This document shows positions 51,328 through 63,340 of a DNA stretch of 64,000 nt, piece by piece (position 1 is the first letter of the stretch; each line of letters starts with the position of its first letter). Under the pieces are notes generated by a model that made no database searches, had not been told where the DNA came from, and worked only from the letters and a program-made list of their open reading frames with translations. Both the position numbers and the translations under genes were made by a program. The DNA is from Rebecca billardiae RCC1528 (Eukaryota; Protista; Haptophyta): NCBI GenBank assembly GCA_965240325.2, contig OZ251232.1, positions 1,116,001 through 1,180,000 of the forward strand. Direction: 5' to 3'.

Positions 51328-52860
51328 AAAACTGTGCCCTGGCGGGCGGGGGGGGGGGGGGGGGCGGCGGGCCGTGCCAGTGCTGTCGCAATGTTTCCTC
51401 TGCGGGTTCGCGTCTTCATCCACATTCGCTCGTGGCCGTGGGTGACGGACAGTCCGAGGGCGAGGACCAGTGAGAGTGACACCTGAAGGCTGAAGTTCTC
51501 CCACGTGTACACGTCTGTACTCTGTGCGCATCAACGAGGCCCACACCCACGAGGGAATGTGCAGCACGCGGGGCGGGGAGGGAAGCCCGTTGCTCCGCGC
51601 GAGCGCGGGTACGCGCTGTATGTGCCGCATCTCGACCGCGATGGCGTAATCGAGCGCCTCGCCGCCGACGAAGCCGCCAGAGTAGATCATGTGCATGTCC
51701 TCCTGACGCCAGCCGAGAGCGGTCGTCGCGAGGATGCTTGCCGATGTCCGCTCCGGGCATGATGGGCTCGGCGCAGGTCGCGTTGACGTCGTACACGGCC
51801 GCCACGCTGAGCACGAGCGCGTTGACGTTCATGCGGTCGTCGCTCTTCGCATCTTCGACAGGTCTGGCGCTCGCGTGCTCGGCGGCACGAGGAGCTGTTG
51901 GTTGTGCGCGCGCGCGCGCACAGCGACAGCGTGTGCCACTCGCGATCGAGAGTGGGCACGAGCTGCTCATGCGGGCACACGAATCGCAGCGCATCCGTCA
52001 CCGGCGTGACGACTTCCGCCTCGTCCCGCAGCGCCTGCGCCATGGACGAGGATGGCGCGGCGATGTTTCATCTCTCTGCGGATGGCATCACGGGCTTGTC
52101 TGTGTCGCGCTGCGGCGAGGGTCGCCCATTCGCAAAGACGCGGCTGCTGCCTTGGCGACAGACCCGGGAGGTGCGTCCGCTGCGCGTCGTACGCCGTTGG
52201 CGCTGCGCTTCCGTCGCATTGGTCACCGTCGACGCCATGCAGGCCGGACGTGGGCTTCGGCTGAGGGACCGCGAGCGAGGACTGAGTCCGGTGCGCCAGA
52301 TTCCGGCGATCGAGTTCAGAAGGCCGCGCCAAATCTTGCGTCGCGTGCTGATGGCGCTTCCCGCCCGCGAGACACCTCGTGATGAGGGCCTTTCCGCACC
52401 GAGCCCGACACGCGGCGGTGGATCGCGCGGAGTGGCTGTCGTGCGCAGCGCGTGATGGTGTAGCCGGTGCGAGCGCTCGACGTGCAAGTCGGGCGAGGAT
52501 CGCCCCAGGTCGCACGATCGTGGCGACGCGCCGAGCGTACCTCCAGACGCGTTGACTTTGGCCCTCGTTCGACCTGCACGCGAGACGACGAGGACAGCAA
52601 TCGCGAATCGGGCGAAAACACCCTTCGGGAATCCCCGCGCGATGTCCGCGCCGGCGTTGGATTTGGCGCGCGCCACCCATGCGCTCCGCGCCATCCAGGA
52701 ACCCTTTTTCGGCCGAGCGTCCCCAGTGGGAGCTGCGAGGGCGCCCGGTAGTGAGCGAGGCGATTTTCTTTTCTTGGTGAGGCGATTTTATTTTTCCTTT
52801 TCTTTTCCTACTTATCTTTTTCCCGGGCACTACAAGGGGCGGACAGTCTACGGCCCGCCA
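51328..52860 (-). mobile_element. Non-autonomous Helitron2-type derivative (1.5 kb)
   Basis: Same 5' hairpin and 3' asymmetric inverted repeat as 17642-27033; collinear with 4405-7650 minus its insertion. Confidence 0.85.
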
Positions 52861-53109
52861 TAAATAATGCCTGCTATGTCGTATCATACTCACTGCCGCG
52901 ATGACGTCACATATGTTGTCGTCTGTCACTCAGTCAACTGGTCAGTAGTCGGTGCACGAAACGCAGATCGAAGCCGAGTCGCGCGCTGCTCAGCCTCAGT
53001 AACAGTCTGAGGCTCATAGTGGCTCACCGCTGCGAGTACTGGTAGCTCACGGCCAGTGTCAGTGAGCCACTGGCCACTGGGACGGTGCGGGTCGTCTGCG
53101 GGTGGCTCA

Positions 53110-54453
53110 TTAGTCATTAGCTGCCCCCGTGACTGTCAGCAGATGGCGGGCCCTGACGCGACCGGGCGCCGGACGGCGCCACCTGCGAGTGGGCCCGGGC
53201 AGCGAGTGCGGCCCGAGCAAGTGCATGTCCCACCAGCGCGCCTTCTCCTCGTGTGTCGCTGCAGTGTATTCACACAGACGCCTCAGCGGCAGCGCCTGCA
53301 CATAGCGCACTGCCAATGCCTTCAGCTGCATGAAGCTGACACGTGGCTTGATCGACCCCGCGCGGCACGCGCGCACCACCGCGTGCAGGTCGGGCTGCAT
53401 CCACGCGCCCCGATCCATGCCTACCAGCCGGTTGAGTCCCGGATCTTTACCTGGTTCCTCGAGGGTGTGCCGCTCGCTGCGCCCCGGCATGAGTGCGCTG
53501 GCATAGTCCCAGTACTTGACGGCCGGGTCGGGAAGTGGGGAGAAGAGCACTGATGGCACGCCCAGGGCGTCCGAGAAGATGAGGCCGTGAAGCGAGCTTG
53601 AGACGACGAGATCACAGCTCGCGATGGCCCTCGCAACGTCGGCTGGATCCTGGTCGTGCCCGATCATCGTGAAGTTAAGCGCGCCGGCGGCCGGCCCGAG
53701 AACCGCGTCCCGGCCGTGCACGATGGCGCACAGCCCGCCACCACCGCGCGCCGTGATGTCGAAGAAGCTGGGGACGAGCACGCGGGCGAACAGCCCAGGA
53801 TCGCCGAGTGCTGGGGTAGGGCCCCAGAGTGCTGGCTCCAGGGCAGCGAGCGAGTACCTGCCGCGCACAGCTGCAACGGTGACGTTGCCCTCCTTGAGAA
53901 TCCGAGCAGCGTGCGCTGCGAGCGGCATTCCTCTGATGCCGGCACCGGCCACGACATCTCGCGGGCTGACTGCCTCTCCGAGGAGCGAGCCGACCAACAG
54001 CAGCTCGCCCGGCGTGCGGTGCTCGGCCTTGCCGAAGGATGACTGCAATGGCACGTGCGGCACTGCAGCGCGTGGTTTGCGCAGGATGGCAGCCCACAGG
54101 TCGAGGTTGAGATCGTCGCCGAAGTTTCGCCCGTGCCAATGGCTGGTGGGCTTGCGTGTTGGCGGCGGGACCCAGTGCACCACCGGGGCCGGTGATGCAC
54201 AGCCACCGGCAGGCAGCTTGTCATCGATCGCCTTGCGGAGCTCGAGCCGCAAACTCGCGAGAGTTGCGGGACTCGGTCGAAAGCGGTGCACGTCCTCCTC
54301 AGCCATGGGAGCACATCGTACGGGCGAGTCGCCGCCGGTCTCAGCGCCGATGGTCTCGCTGCTCGTCGGCAATGCCAATGCGATGGCGAACCGCGCGGTG
54401 AGCAGCAGCAACGCTGAGAGAGTCATTCGTCCCCCAAACCACACCGAGCCCAT
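53110..54453 (-). CDS. Polysaccharide pyruvyltransferase-like protein
   Basis: Signal/anchor; GRNFGDDL, VGSLL, AVRG, LGDPG, CDLVVSSSLHGLIFSDALGVPS. ATG at 54453 or 54426. The 3' end is uncertain (possible splice near 53180). Confidence 0.8.
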   Translation of the reverse strand: MGSVWFGGRMTLSALLLLTARFAIALALPTSSETIGAETGGDSPVRCAPMAEEDVHRFRPSPATLASLRLELRKAIDDKLPAGGCASPAPVVHWVPPPTRKPTSHWHGRNFGDDLNLDLWAAILRKPRAAVPHVPLQSSFGKAEHRTPGELLLVGSLLGEAVSPRDVVAGAGIRGMPLAAHAARILKEGNVTVAAVRGRYSLAALEPALWGPTPALGDPGLFARVLVPSFFDITARGGGGLCAIVHGRDAVLGPAAGALNFTMIGHDQDPADVARAIASCDLVVSSSLHGLIFSDALGVPSVLFSPLPDPAVKYWDYASALMPGRSERHTLEEPGKDPGLNRLVGMDRGAWMQPDLHAVVRACRAGSIKPRVSFMQLKALAVRYVQALPLRRLCEYTAATHEEKARWWDMHLLGPHSLPGPTRRWRRPAPGRVRARHLLTVTGAAND

Positions 54454-54546
54454 CGTAGAGGGCCCCCTTGGGGAGGGGCGAGGGGGATACTGTGTCTCTA
54501 CCAAGCCCCGTAGCGTGTAGCGTGGGCGGAGGGTGCAAAGGGGTGA

Positions 54547-54892
54547 TGTCGCCACGAGGTCGCTGCGAGAATAAAAAGAAATCAGTGTTGGAGTCTAAGC
54601 TTTCGTGGCGACCTCGTAGCGACCTCGCAGCCGTCGCCACGAGATCGTGGCGACTTCGCCACGATCTCGTGGCGACATCCGGATGTCGCCACGAAATCGC
54701 CACGATCTCGTGGCGACATCCGGATGTCGCCACGAGATCGTGGCGACACTGTCCGATGTCGCCACGACGTCGCCACGATCTCGTGGCGACATTGAATGTC
54801 GCAGCGAGATCGTGGCGACGTCGTGGCGACATCCGGATGTCGCCACGACGTCGTGGCGACCTCAGCGAGGTCGCCACGACGTCGTGGCGACC
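54547..54892. repeat. Array of GTCGCCACGA/TCGTGGCGAC motifs in alternating orientation
   Basis: More than 15 copies, many forming local palindromes. Confidence 0.9.
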
Positions 54893-56967
54893 TCGCCGGG
54901 CCGTTCACGGCCGGAAGGCCTCCGTGCAACGGACAGCTGTTCGTTTAGCTTGAATTCATTCCGTTTCCTTCGACCGGACGAGAGCTCCGTCTGGTTCCGG
55001 AGCAAATGAATCCATAGTAGTACCGCCGTCATGATGGCGCCCGGCCGGCGCCGCCATCTATCGTCGAGCTTCATAATGGCGGCGATGAGGCTGCTCGAGC
55101 GGCGTCGCGCCTAGCCACAAGCCTCTGTAATGAGCAGCTCTTTGCCACAACCAACGCCGTGCAGTCACGCACGACGCCTGCACCACGGCGCTGGCGTGGA
55201 TAGAGATCGACGTCGATGCACAGGCGGCAAGCGCCGGCGCGCGCCCTTGAATGAGATCTGTCTAGACCGATGCCTCGTTCGTGGCAGCACGCCGCACTGT
55301 CACGCGCTCGTGATGACCAGACAAGCTTCGAGCGCTGCACGTATGCCGGCGCTGTCCTGCGGCGGCGCCACTTCGGCACTGAACGGTCGCGCACAGCGTG
55401 AGCCCGAAAGGCAGTGGCAACGTCCATGCCAGCCCCGCCCGCTGCCTGCGCGGCCGACTCACGGCGTGATGACCGCGTCAACCAGTGGCGTGCCGCCACT
55501 CAGGCCGGGCACGCTGCCGGCCTAAGTGCCTAACTGCCGTCGGAGCCGCCTGCAGGCGCCGCCACCGCCGGGCCCAAGCCAAACTTGCGATGGCTGACTG
55601 GCACGGCCCGGACAGGCGGGCCACAGCGGCCGCGCTGAAGCTGATGAGTGAGATATGGCCTGATGATGACGATGCTGACGATGATGAACCCTGAGCGCCG
55701 TCACACTTACACTGAAGAGACCGCGAGCCCGGACTCGGGACTGGCCAGTGACTGGCCGACTGATTGATGGCACTCGCCGGCTGTTCGGACCGAAGCCTGT
55801 AATGACCGTGGTCTGTCGGAGACAGTGAGACTGATGTGCCAGTTGAGACATTGCCTGCTCGTCACCGCGTATATATACGCGACGTACGTACTACAGCGCA
55901 GAGTCTGTGCGGCTGATATGATATTATTCCGCCGCGCCAGACTGATAGGCGCTGATCGTCGGGCCGCCGCAATATTATTCTCAGTATGCTGAATGATCAG
56001 CGGGAGCCGAGCCAGCAGCCTACTGCAAGCTGAATTACGTACGCGGTACGTAAGCTAAAGCAGCTAAGCGGGCCAAGTAATGAAGCAGTATTAGTATGAC
56101 GACTGTATCATACTGCGATGAGTCGTGGTCATCAATGACAATCCGTCGCGTCGATCATGGCATCATCCCACGCATCCGCCACCGATAAGTAGCTCGGCCC
56201 GCGGCGTAACGCGGATCCTGCTGTCATCCTGCGGGGTGGCCCGCCGCGTGATAAGCGTATGTAGCCTACGACTCAGAGTCAGGCGCACTTGGGCCCGCGA
56301 CTCCCGGGTGGCCGCGTGGCGGGTCACCACTACGGTAGCTACGCGGACTACGGCGCCGCCTACAGCGGCGCCGCCGCGCCGCGCCGCGCCGCGCGATTCC
56401 ACAGCCTCGGCCTGTGTGCCGCCGAGCATGGCATCAGGCGCGGCCGCTGGGCTGCGCATCCAGAGCGCCCGCGCCCGCCATCGAGTGCTCAGCAGCAGCG
56501 CCGCCGCGCCGCGCCGCGCCGCGCCGCGCCGCGCGATTCCACCTTAGCCTCGGCCAATGTGCCACGCCCACGCAGCAGACATCATGTCGGTGGCGTGAGC
56601 GCGAGGCGAGTGGGACGCGCGGGCACGACGTCGACGCTAAGCTCGCAGGCACCGCCACCGCCGCCGAGCGCGCATGTCAGCTCAATGCAGTGCGCCGCGG
56701 CCGAGCGCGCGTGCGCAAGCGGCCGAGGCCGCGACTGCGCATGCGTGCGCACCGACGCCTCGGCAGAGGCAGCGGTGCGCGCGAGCACGCTCAGCCGGGG
56801 CCACCTCCACCATCGTCTCTACGCGTCAGTCTGCCACAGTCGACACGCGCCACCGCCACGCGCCGCGCTGCGCGCCTGCCGCCTTCGCCGAGGCCGCGGC
56901 GCGGCGGTGCGGCGGCGCGGCCGTGTTGGCCGCGCGCGGGGGCGGCCGCGCATGGGCGCATGGCCGC

Positions 56968-58760
56968 GGCATCGAGCTAACACGCGTGCTCGACGGCGGC
57001 GCGCGCGAGCGCACTCGGCCGAGGCAGTCTCCGCCATCAACTCCACGCGCGCGGGACTGCCGTCATCGCCGCGTGCCGCCGCCGCGCGCCGCGCGCCCGC
57101 CGCCTTCGGCGAGGAGGCGGCGCGGCGGGGCGCGGCCGCGCGGGACTGCCGTCATCGCCGCGTGCCGCCGCCGCGCGCCGCGCGCCCGCCACTTCCGGCG
57201 AGGAGGCGGCGCGGCGCGGCGCGGCCGCGCGGCCGCGTTGGCCGCACGCGGCCGCGGCCGCGGCCGCGCGCCCGCCCGCGGCGCGCGGCATCGAGCTGAC
57301 ACGCGTGCTCGGCGGCGGCGGCGGTGCACGCGAGCGCACTCGGCCGAGGCAGTCTCCGCCATCGACTCCACGCGCGCGCGACTGCCGTCATCGCCGCGTG
57401 CCGCCGCCGCGCGCCGCGCGCCCGCCGCCCCCGGCGAGGCGGCGGCGCGGCGCGGCGCGGCGCCGCACGCGGCCGCGGCCGCGGCCGCGCGCCCGGCCGC
57501 GGCGCGCGGCATCGAGCTGACACGCGCGCTCGGCGGCGGCGGCGGTGCACGCGAGCGCACTCGGCCGATGCAGTCTCCGCCATCGACTCCACGCGCGCAC
57601 GACTGCCGTCATCGCCGCGTGCCGCCGCCGCGCGCCGCGCGCCCGCCGCCCCCGGCGAGGCGGCGGCGCGGCGCGGCGCGGCGCCGCACGCGGCCGCGGC
57701 CGCGGCCGCGCGCCCGGCCGCGGCGCGCGGCATCGAGCTGACACGCGCGCTCGGCGGCGGCGGCGGTGCACGCGAGCGCACTCGGCCGATGCAGTCTCCG
57801 CCATCGACTCCACGCGCGCGCGACTGCCGTCATCGCCGCGTGCCGCCGCCGCGCGCCGCGCGCCCGCCGCCCCCGGCGAGGCGGCGGCGCGGCGCGGCGC
57901 GGCGCCGCACGCGGCCGCGGCCGCGGCCGCGCGCCCGGCCGCGGCGCGCGGCATCGAGTTGACACGCGTGCTCGGCGGCGGCGGCGGTGCACGCGAGCGC
58001 ACTCGGCCGATGCAGTCTCCGCCATCGACTCCACCCGCGCGCGACTGCCGTCATCGCCGCGTGCCGCCGCCGCGCGCCGCGCGCCCGCCGCCTTCGGCGA
58101 GGCGGCGGCGCGGCGCGGCGCGGCCGCGCGGCCGCGTTGGCCGCACGCGGCCGCGGCCGCGGCCGCGCGCCCAGCCGCGGCGCGCGGCATCGAGCTGACA
58201 CGTGTGCTCGGCGGCGGCGGCGGTGCACGCGAGCGCACTCGGCCGAGGCAGCCTTCGCCATCGACTCCACGCGCGCGCGACTGCCGTCATCGCCGCGTGC
58301 CGCCGCCGCGCGCCGCGCGCCCGCCGCCCCCGGCGAGGCGGCGGCGCGGCGCGGCGTGGCGCCGCACGCGGCCGCGGCCGCGGCCGCGCGCCCGGCCGCG
58401 GCGCGCGGCATCGAGTTGACACGCGTGCTCGGCGGCGGCGGCGGTGCACGCGAGCGCACTCGGCCGATGCAGTCTCCGCCATCGACTCCACGCGCGCGCG
58501 ACTGCCGTCATCGCCGCGTGCCGCCGCCGCGCGCCGCGCGCCCGCCGCTTCCGGCGAGGCGGCGGCGCGGCACGGCGCGGCGCCGCACGCGACCGCGGCC
58601 GCGGCCGCGCGCCCGGCCGCGGCGCGCGACATCGAGCGGACACGCTTGCTCGGCGACGGCGGCGGTGCACGCGAGCGCACTCGGCCGAGGCAGCCTCCGC
58701 CATCGACTCCGCGCGCGCGCGACTGCCGTCAACGCCGTGCACCGCCGCCGTGTGCCGCGC
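56968..58760. repeat. 221-bp extremely GC-rich minisatellite, ~8 copies
   Basis: Units near 56968, 57287, 57508, 57729, 57950, 58186, 58407 and 58628; some are 236 bp. Confidence 0.9.
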
Positions 58761-61397
58761 GCCCACCGCCTCCACCAAGGCGGCTGCGCGGCTGCGCACG
58801 CTGAGCTACACGCCGCCAATCGAGTCCGCCTCGAGGTAGTGCGCCACGAGCTCCGGGTGGCTCGAGTCGAGGCTGAGGCAGGTGGCGCAGTCGTCGGTTG
58901 TCACCTTACCAAAGCAGCACGGCATAGCTCCTTGTCCGCGGCAGTGCCCTTGTCCGCGGCCTCGACGAACGCGGCGTCATCGTCGAGGCCGAGCTCCGCG
59001 CACGCCGTCCGGAGTTGCTCGGCCGCCGCGATCGGCGCCGTCCGTTCTGCCCTCGGCGGCGGCGAAGTGCTCGGCGTGCGTCCGCCCGACATGAAATGAA
59101 TAGCTGTATTCCGATTCGGAAACGGCGACCGTTCCGGCCAAATGAATTCGCCTGCCGGCCCGGGGCGGGCGGCGGCAGCCAGAGCAATCTGAAATCGGTC
59201 TGAAATCCGGCCGACGCGCGCGACTCACCCGTCGAGTTGCGGCGGAGCTCGCGCGCGAGATGCACGCGCTGGTGCTACACCCGCTCAAGCGCTCGCCCGC
59301 GACGTCCGTCACGCGCGAGAGCGCGGACAGATGCTCTCTCGACTTCAGCAGCACGGTGGCTACGCGATCCTGACCCTACCCACTGCGACGCACGGCCTGC
59401 TGGCCGGCGCGGGTCGCGCGACGCGCCTCGGCCGCCGGAGCGACGCCGGCCAGCATTGGAAATGTCACTCAGGCGGCCGGGCGCGTGCGTGTCGACATCG
59501 AGGCGGCGAGGAGTGCGCCGCACGCGCAGTACAAGCGGCGATGGCGGGGTGACGGCTGGAGCCCCGGGACGGACCAAGTCGTGGCGCCGGGGTACCTCCC
59601 GAGGACGCTCGTCGGCGCCTCTGCTCAGAGGACTTCGACGGATCCGTGCGCGGCGGCGGGGATGCCGATCGAGGCGCACGCCTCGCGTCTGCACGAGTGA
59701 GCTACAAGTACGTCCGTCCCGTTTTCTCTCGGGGTGGACACTGTGCGCGGCGCGGCGCGCCTCGCGCCGCGCGCGCGCGGCGGGCCGGCGCGAGCCGCCG
59801 GCCACAGGCACCGAGCACGAACGGTCTGCAGTTACCAGACGCTCAGTGACGCCCTCGGAAGCACAGCCGCAGGCACGAGGTCCGGAAGACAGGCGCGCTA
59901 GCCACGAGGGCTCCGCGGCGGCGCGACACGCGCGCCGTTCCGCCGCCGCACGGCGCACGCCGCCCTCCTGCCTGACGACTCAGACGGAGTCGGACAGGTG
60001 CGTCCGTTTGACCGAGGCGTCGTCCGGAAGTGCGCGAATAAACGCGGCGGTTCAGGCGAGGAAATCCGTCGAGCGGAGCTCTCGGAAATGGAGAGCGGAG
60101 CTCGGAAAATCGTGGCGGGTTTTCCGGCCTTTTTGGGCGGGCTTTCCGGTCGCCACGAGGCGTTCCGGAGTCCGCTCGCGTCGCAGCGACCTCGCAGCGG
60201 AAGGGCCTTCCGCCACGGGGCTTGGTAGAAACGGATAACGCCGGAAGAGGGGGTACGCGAGATCCCATCTCCTCGTGGCGAGCCCAGTCTGAAGGCAATT
60301 TTGAATTTTCGAGTCTGAAGGCCCTTTCGAGCAGTCTGAAGGGATTTACGCGCCAGCCAATCAGAGTTGCACGCCGACCGAGGCTACAGGGGGGGCCAGA
60401 TGAAGTTGCCCACTTCGGAAGGGAAGCCATGGCGGGCGTGAATGCCCGTCCCAACGCGATCTAAGGCCCCAGCGCCACGGCCCGGTCACTGGGGCGTGGC
60501 GTAGGCAGGTCGGCGTCGCCGTACGAGCGCGTGTGCGTGAGTGACAGCTTCCCTTCCGACTTTTCGACCACTCTCACGTCCACGTCCACGACCCCGTACG
60601 ACCGGCGCGCCGGTGAGGTTGCGCATGAGAAGGATGGGCAGGTAGCGGCCAGGATCACCGTTCTGACGGTCATACTGCCCTCTGGAGCATGCATTGCGAC
60701 GGTGCATGCCTGGCAATGGTCCATCTGACCCTACAAGCCGTGGATCGGACGAGCAAGGTTGGCTGCGCGGTAGTCGTGCGACCGCCGTCCGACACGGCTG
60801 CCGTGCGAATACGTTTAGCGTGTGCGCGCCTGTCAACGGCAGGGTGATCAACGACCGGCATGGCTAGCAAGCTGATCAGGACTAGTAACAACCTTGTCTG
60901 GGACCACGCCACGCCATTTGGCGACCTCGCCACCGCTCAATGCCCGTCCAGAGGCACGGACGTGCCGCACTACCTGGCCAGCCACCGCCAAAGTGGGGCC
61001 CACCATCTGGACCCCCCTGTATGCGAGCACATTCAAAATTGACATTCAAACGCGCGTTTGGCAGGCGCCGCGGCGACCCGGGCTCGCTCTGCAGACTGCA
61101 ACCGTGCGTCGAGCGGCGAACGCCGAAGGTGCCCAAACGCACGCGCAGCAACGCAACCGCGCTCAGCACGGGTTGGCAGCCCCAGTCGACCTGATGGTGC
61201 GCGCGCGAGCCAAGCGCCGTGCTTCAATGAGCGTGTTCTCGTCGCATCTGCCCACTCAAGTCCCCGCGCCTCCCCGTCCGCGCACGCGCGCGCCTAATGT
61301 GCATGCAGGCACATGCCGCCGCCTCTCGGCCATTGCCTCGCCACGCGCGAGGAGCATCGCTCACGTGCTGGACCGTACCATGAAGCTTTCGCTGGAC

Positions 61398-62760
61398 ACG
61401 CCGCCGAGCCCGCCGTCGCCGACTCCGCCGCCACCGCCGAGCCCGCCGCCGCCAAGCCCGCCGCCACCGCCGATCCCGCCGCCGCCGCCGATCCCGCCGC
61501 GGCCACCGCTGAGCCTTCCACCGCCGAGCACGCCACCGCCGAGTGCCGGATCCGCCGCCGCCGCCGCCACCGCCGGGCACGCCGCCGCCGCCAAGTACGC
61601 CGCCGCCGTCAAGCCTGCCACCGCCGAGCACGCCGGCTCAGCCGCCACCGCCGCACCGCCGGGCCCGCCGCCGCCGTCAAGCCCGATCACGCCGCCGCCA
61701 AGCCCGCCGCCACCGCCGAGCCCGCCGCCGCTGAGCCTGCCGCCGCCGAGCACGCCACCGCCGAGCACGCCGTCGCCGGCTCCGCCGCCGCCACCGCCAC
61801 CGCCGAGCACACCGCCGCCACCAAGCACGCCGCTGCCGTCAAGCCTGCCACCGCCGAGCACGCCGGCTCAGCCGCCACCGCCGCACCGCCGGGCCCGCCG
61901 CCGCCGTCAAGCCCGATCACGCCGCCGCCAAGCACGCCGCCACCGCCGAGCCCGCCGCCGCTGAGCCTGCCGCGGCCGAGCACGCCACCGCCGAGCACGC
62001 CGTCGCCGGCTCCGCCGCCGCCACCGCCACCGCCGAGCACACCGCCGCCACCAAGCACGCCGCTGCCGTCAAGCCTGCCACCGCCGAGCACGTCGGCTCA
62101 GCCGCCACCGCCGCCACCGCTGGGCCCGCCGCCGCCGTCAAGCCCGATCACGCCGCCGCCAAGCCCGCCGCCACCGCCGAGCCCGCCGCCGCCGCCGCTG
62201 AGCCTGCCGCCGCCGAGCACGCCACCGCCGAGCACGCCGTCGCCAGCTCCGCCGCCGCCGCCGCCACCGCCGAGCACGCCGCCGCCGCCAAGCACGCCGC
62301 CGTCGAGCACACCGCCGCCGCCGAGCTCGCCGCCGCCGCTGAGCCGCCTGCCCCTACCGAGCACGCCGCCGCCGTGCCCGCCGAGCACGCCGAGCACGCC
62401 GCCGCCGACTCTACCACCGCCGAGCACGCCGCCACGCTGAGCCTGCCACCGCCGAGCATGCCGCCGCCGAGCCTGCCTCCGCCGACTCCGCCGCCGCCAC
62501 CACCCACCTCCAAACCCGCCGCCGTCGACTCGGCCGCCAAGCCCGCCGCTTCCGAGCCCACCGCCAAGCCTACCGCTGCCGACTTCGTCGCCGCCGTCGC
62601 CACCGATCCCGCCGCCGCCGACTCTACCACCGCTGGGCCCGCCGCCCGCCGCCACGCCGAGCCCGCCACCGCCAAGCTCGCCGCCGCCGACTACGCCGCC
62701 GTGACCGCCGCCAGGCCTTCCGGCCGCCGCCGCCCGTCGTGCCACCGCCGCCGCCGCCGC
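61398..62760 (+). repeat. (CCG)n-based tract encoding extensin-like Ser/Thr-Pro repeats, frameshifted
   Basis: SPPPP, STPPP and LSLPPP repeats move between reading frames; internal ~230-bp duplications. Confidence 0.7.
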
Positions 62761-62805
62761 TCTTATTTCCGCCGACGACTTCGCGCCGCCGATCCCGGCC
62801 CTCGT

Positions 62806-63340
62806 GATCGACCCGATCGGGCACTTTGATACTTTGATGGCACGCGCGCGCCGGCCGGCCGCGTGCGCAGCGCACGGCCAAGCGCCAACTCACCGCAGCC
62901 GCGCGCGTGCGTGCGCGCCGCACAGGTGGTCACGACGACGAGCACCGCGGCCGAGGAGCAGCACGGCGCGTCACGTGTGAGTCCACCTGCTCCACATGAG
63001 CTCGGCCTACGCGATCGACCCGATCGGGCACTTTGATGGCACGCGCGCGCCGGCCGCGTGCGCGCCGAGCGCGCGGCCAAGTGCCAACTCACCGCAGCCG
63101 CGCGCGTGCCGCGCGGCGTGCGCGCCGCACAGGTGGTCATGACGACGAGCACGGCGGCCGAGGAGCAGCACGGCGCGTCACGTGTGAGTCCACCTGCTCC
63201 CTATGAGCTCGGCCTACGTGATCGACCCGATCGGGCACTTTGATGGCACGCGCGCGCCGGCCGCGTGCGCGCCGAGCGCCGAGCGCGCGGCCAAGTCTAA
63301 CTCACCGCAGCCGCGCGCGTGCGTGCGCGCCGCACAGGCC
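62806..63340. repeat. 207-bp tandem repeat, ~2.6 copies
   Basis: GATCGACCCGATCGGGCACTTTGAT at 62806, 63013 and 63220. Confidence 0.85.

Larger units (their letters stand above)
54501..60225. mobile_element. 5.7-kb non-autonomous TIR element with TA TSD
   Basis: CTA|CCAAGCCCCGTAGCG...CGCCACGGGGCTTGG|TAG (14/15). GTCGCCACGA and GCGACCTCGCAGC motifs occur at both subtermini. Confidence 0.75.

Noticed and set aside
54547-54892. Possible CRISPR-like array
   Set aside because: Motifs alternate in orientation with no unique spacers; the context is eukaryotic and no cas genes are present.
56289-59099. Many Arg/Ala-rich ORFs
   Set aside because: They derive from a 221-bp minisatellite whose period is not a multiple of three.
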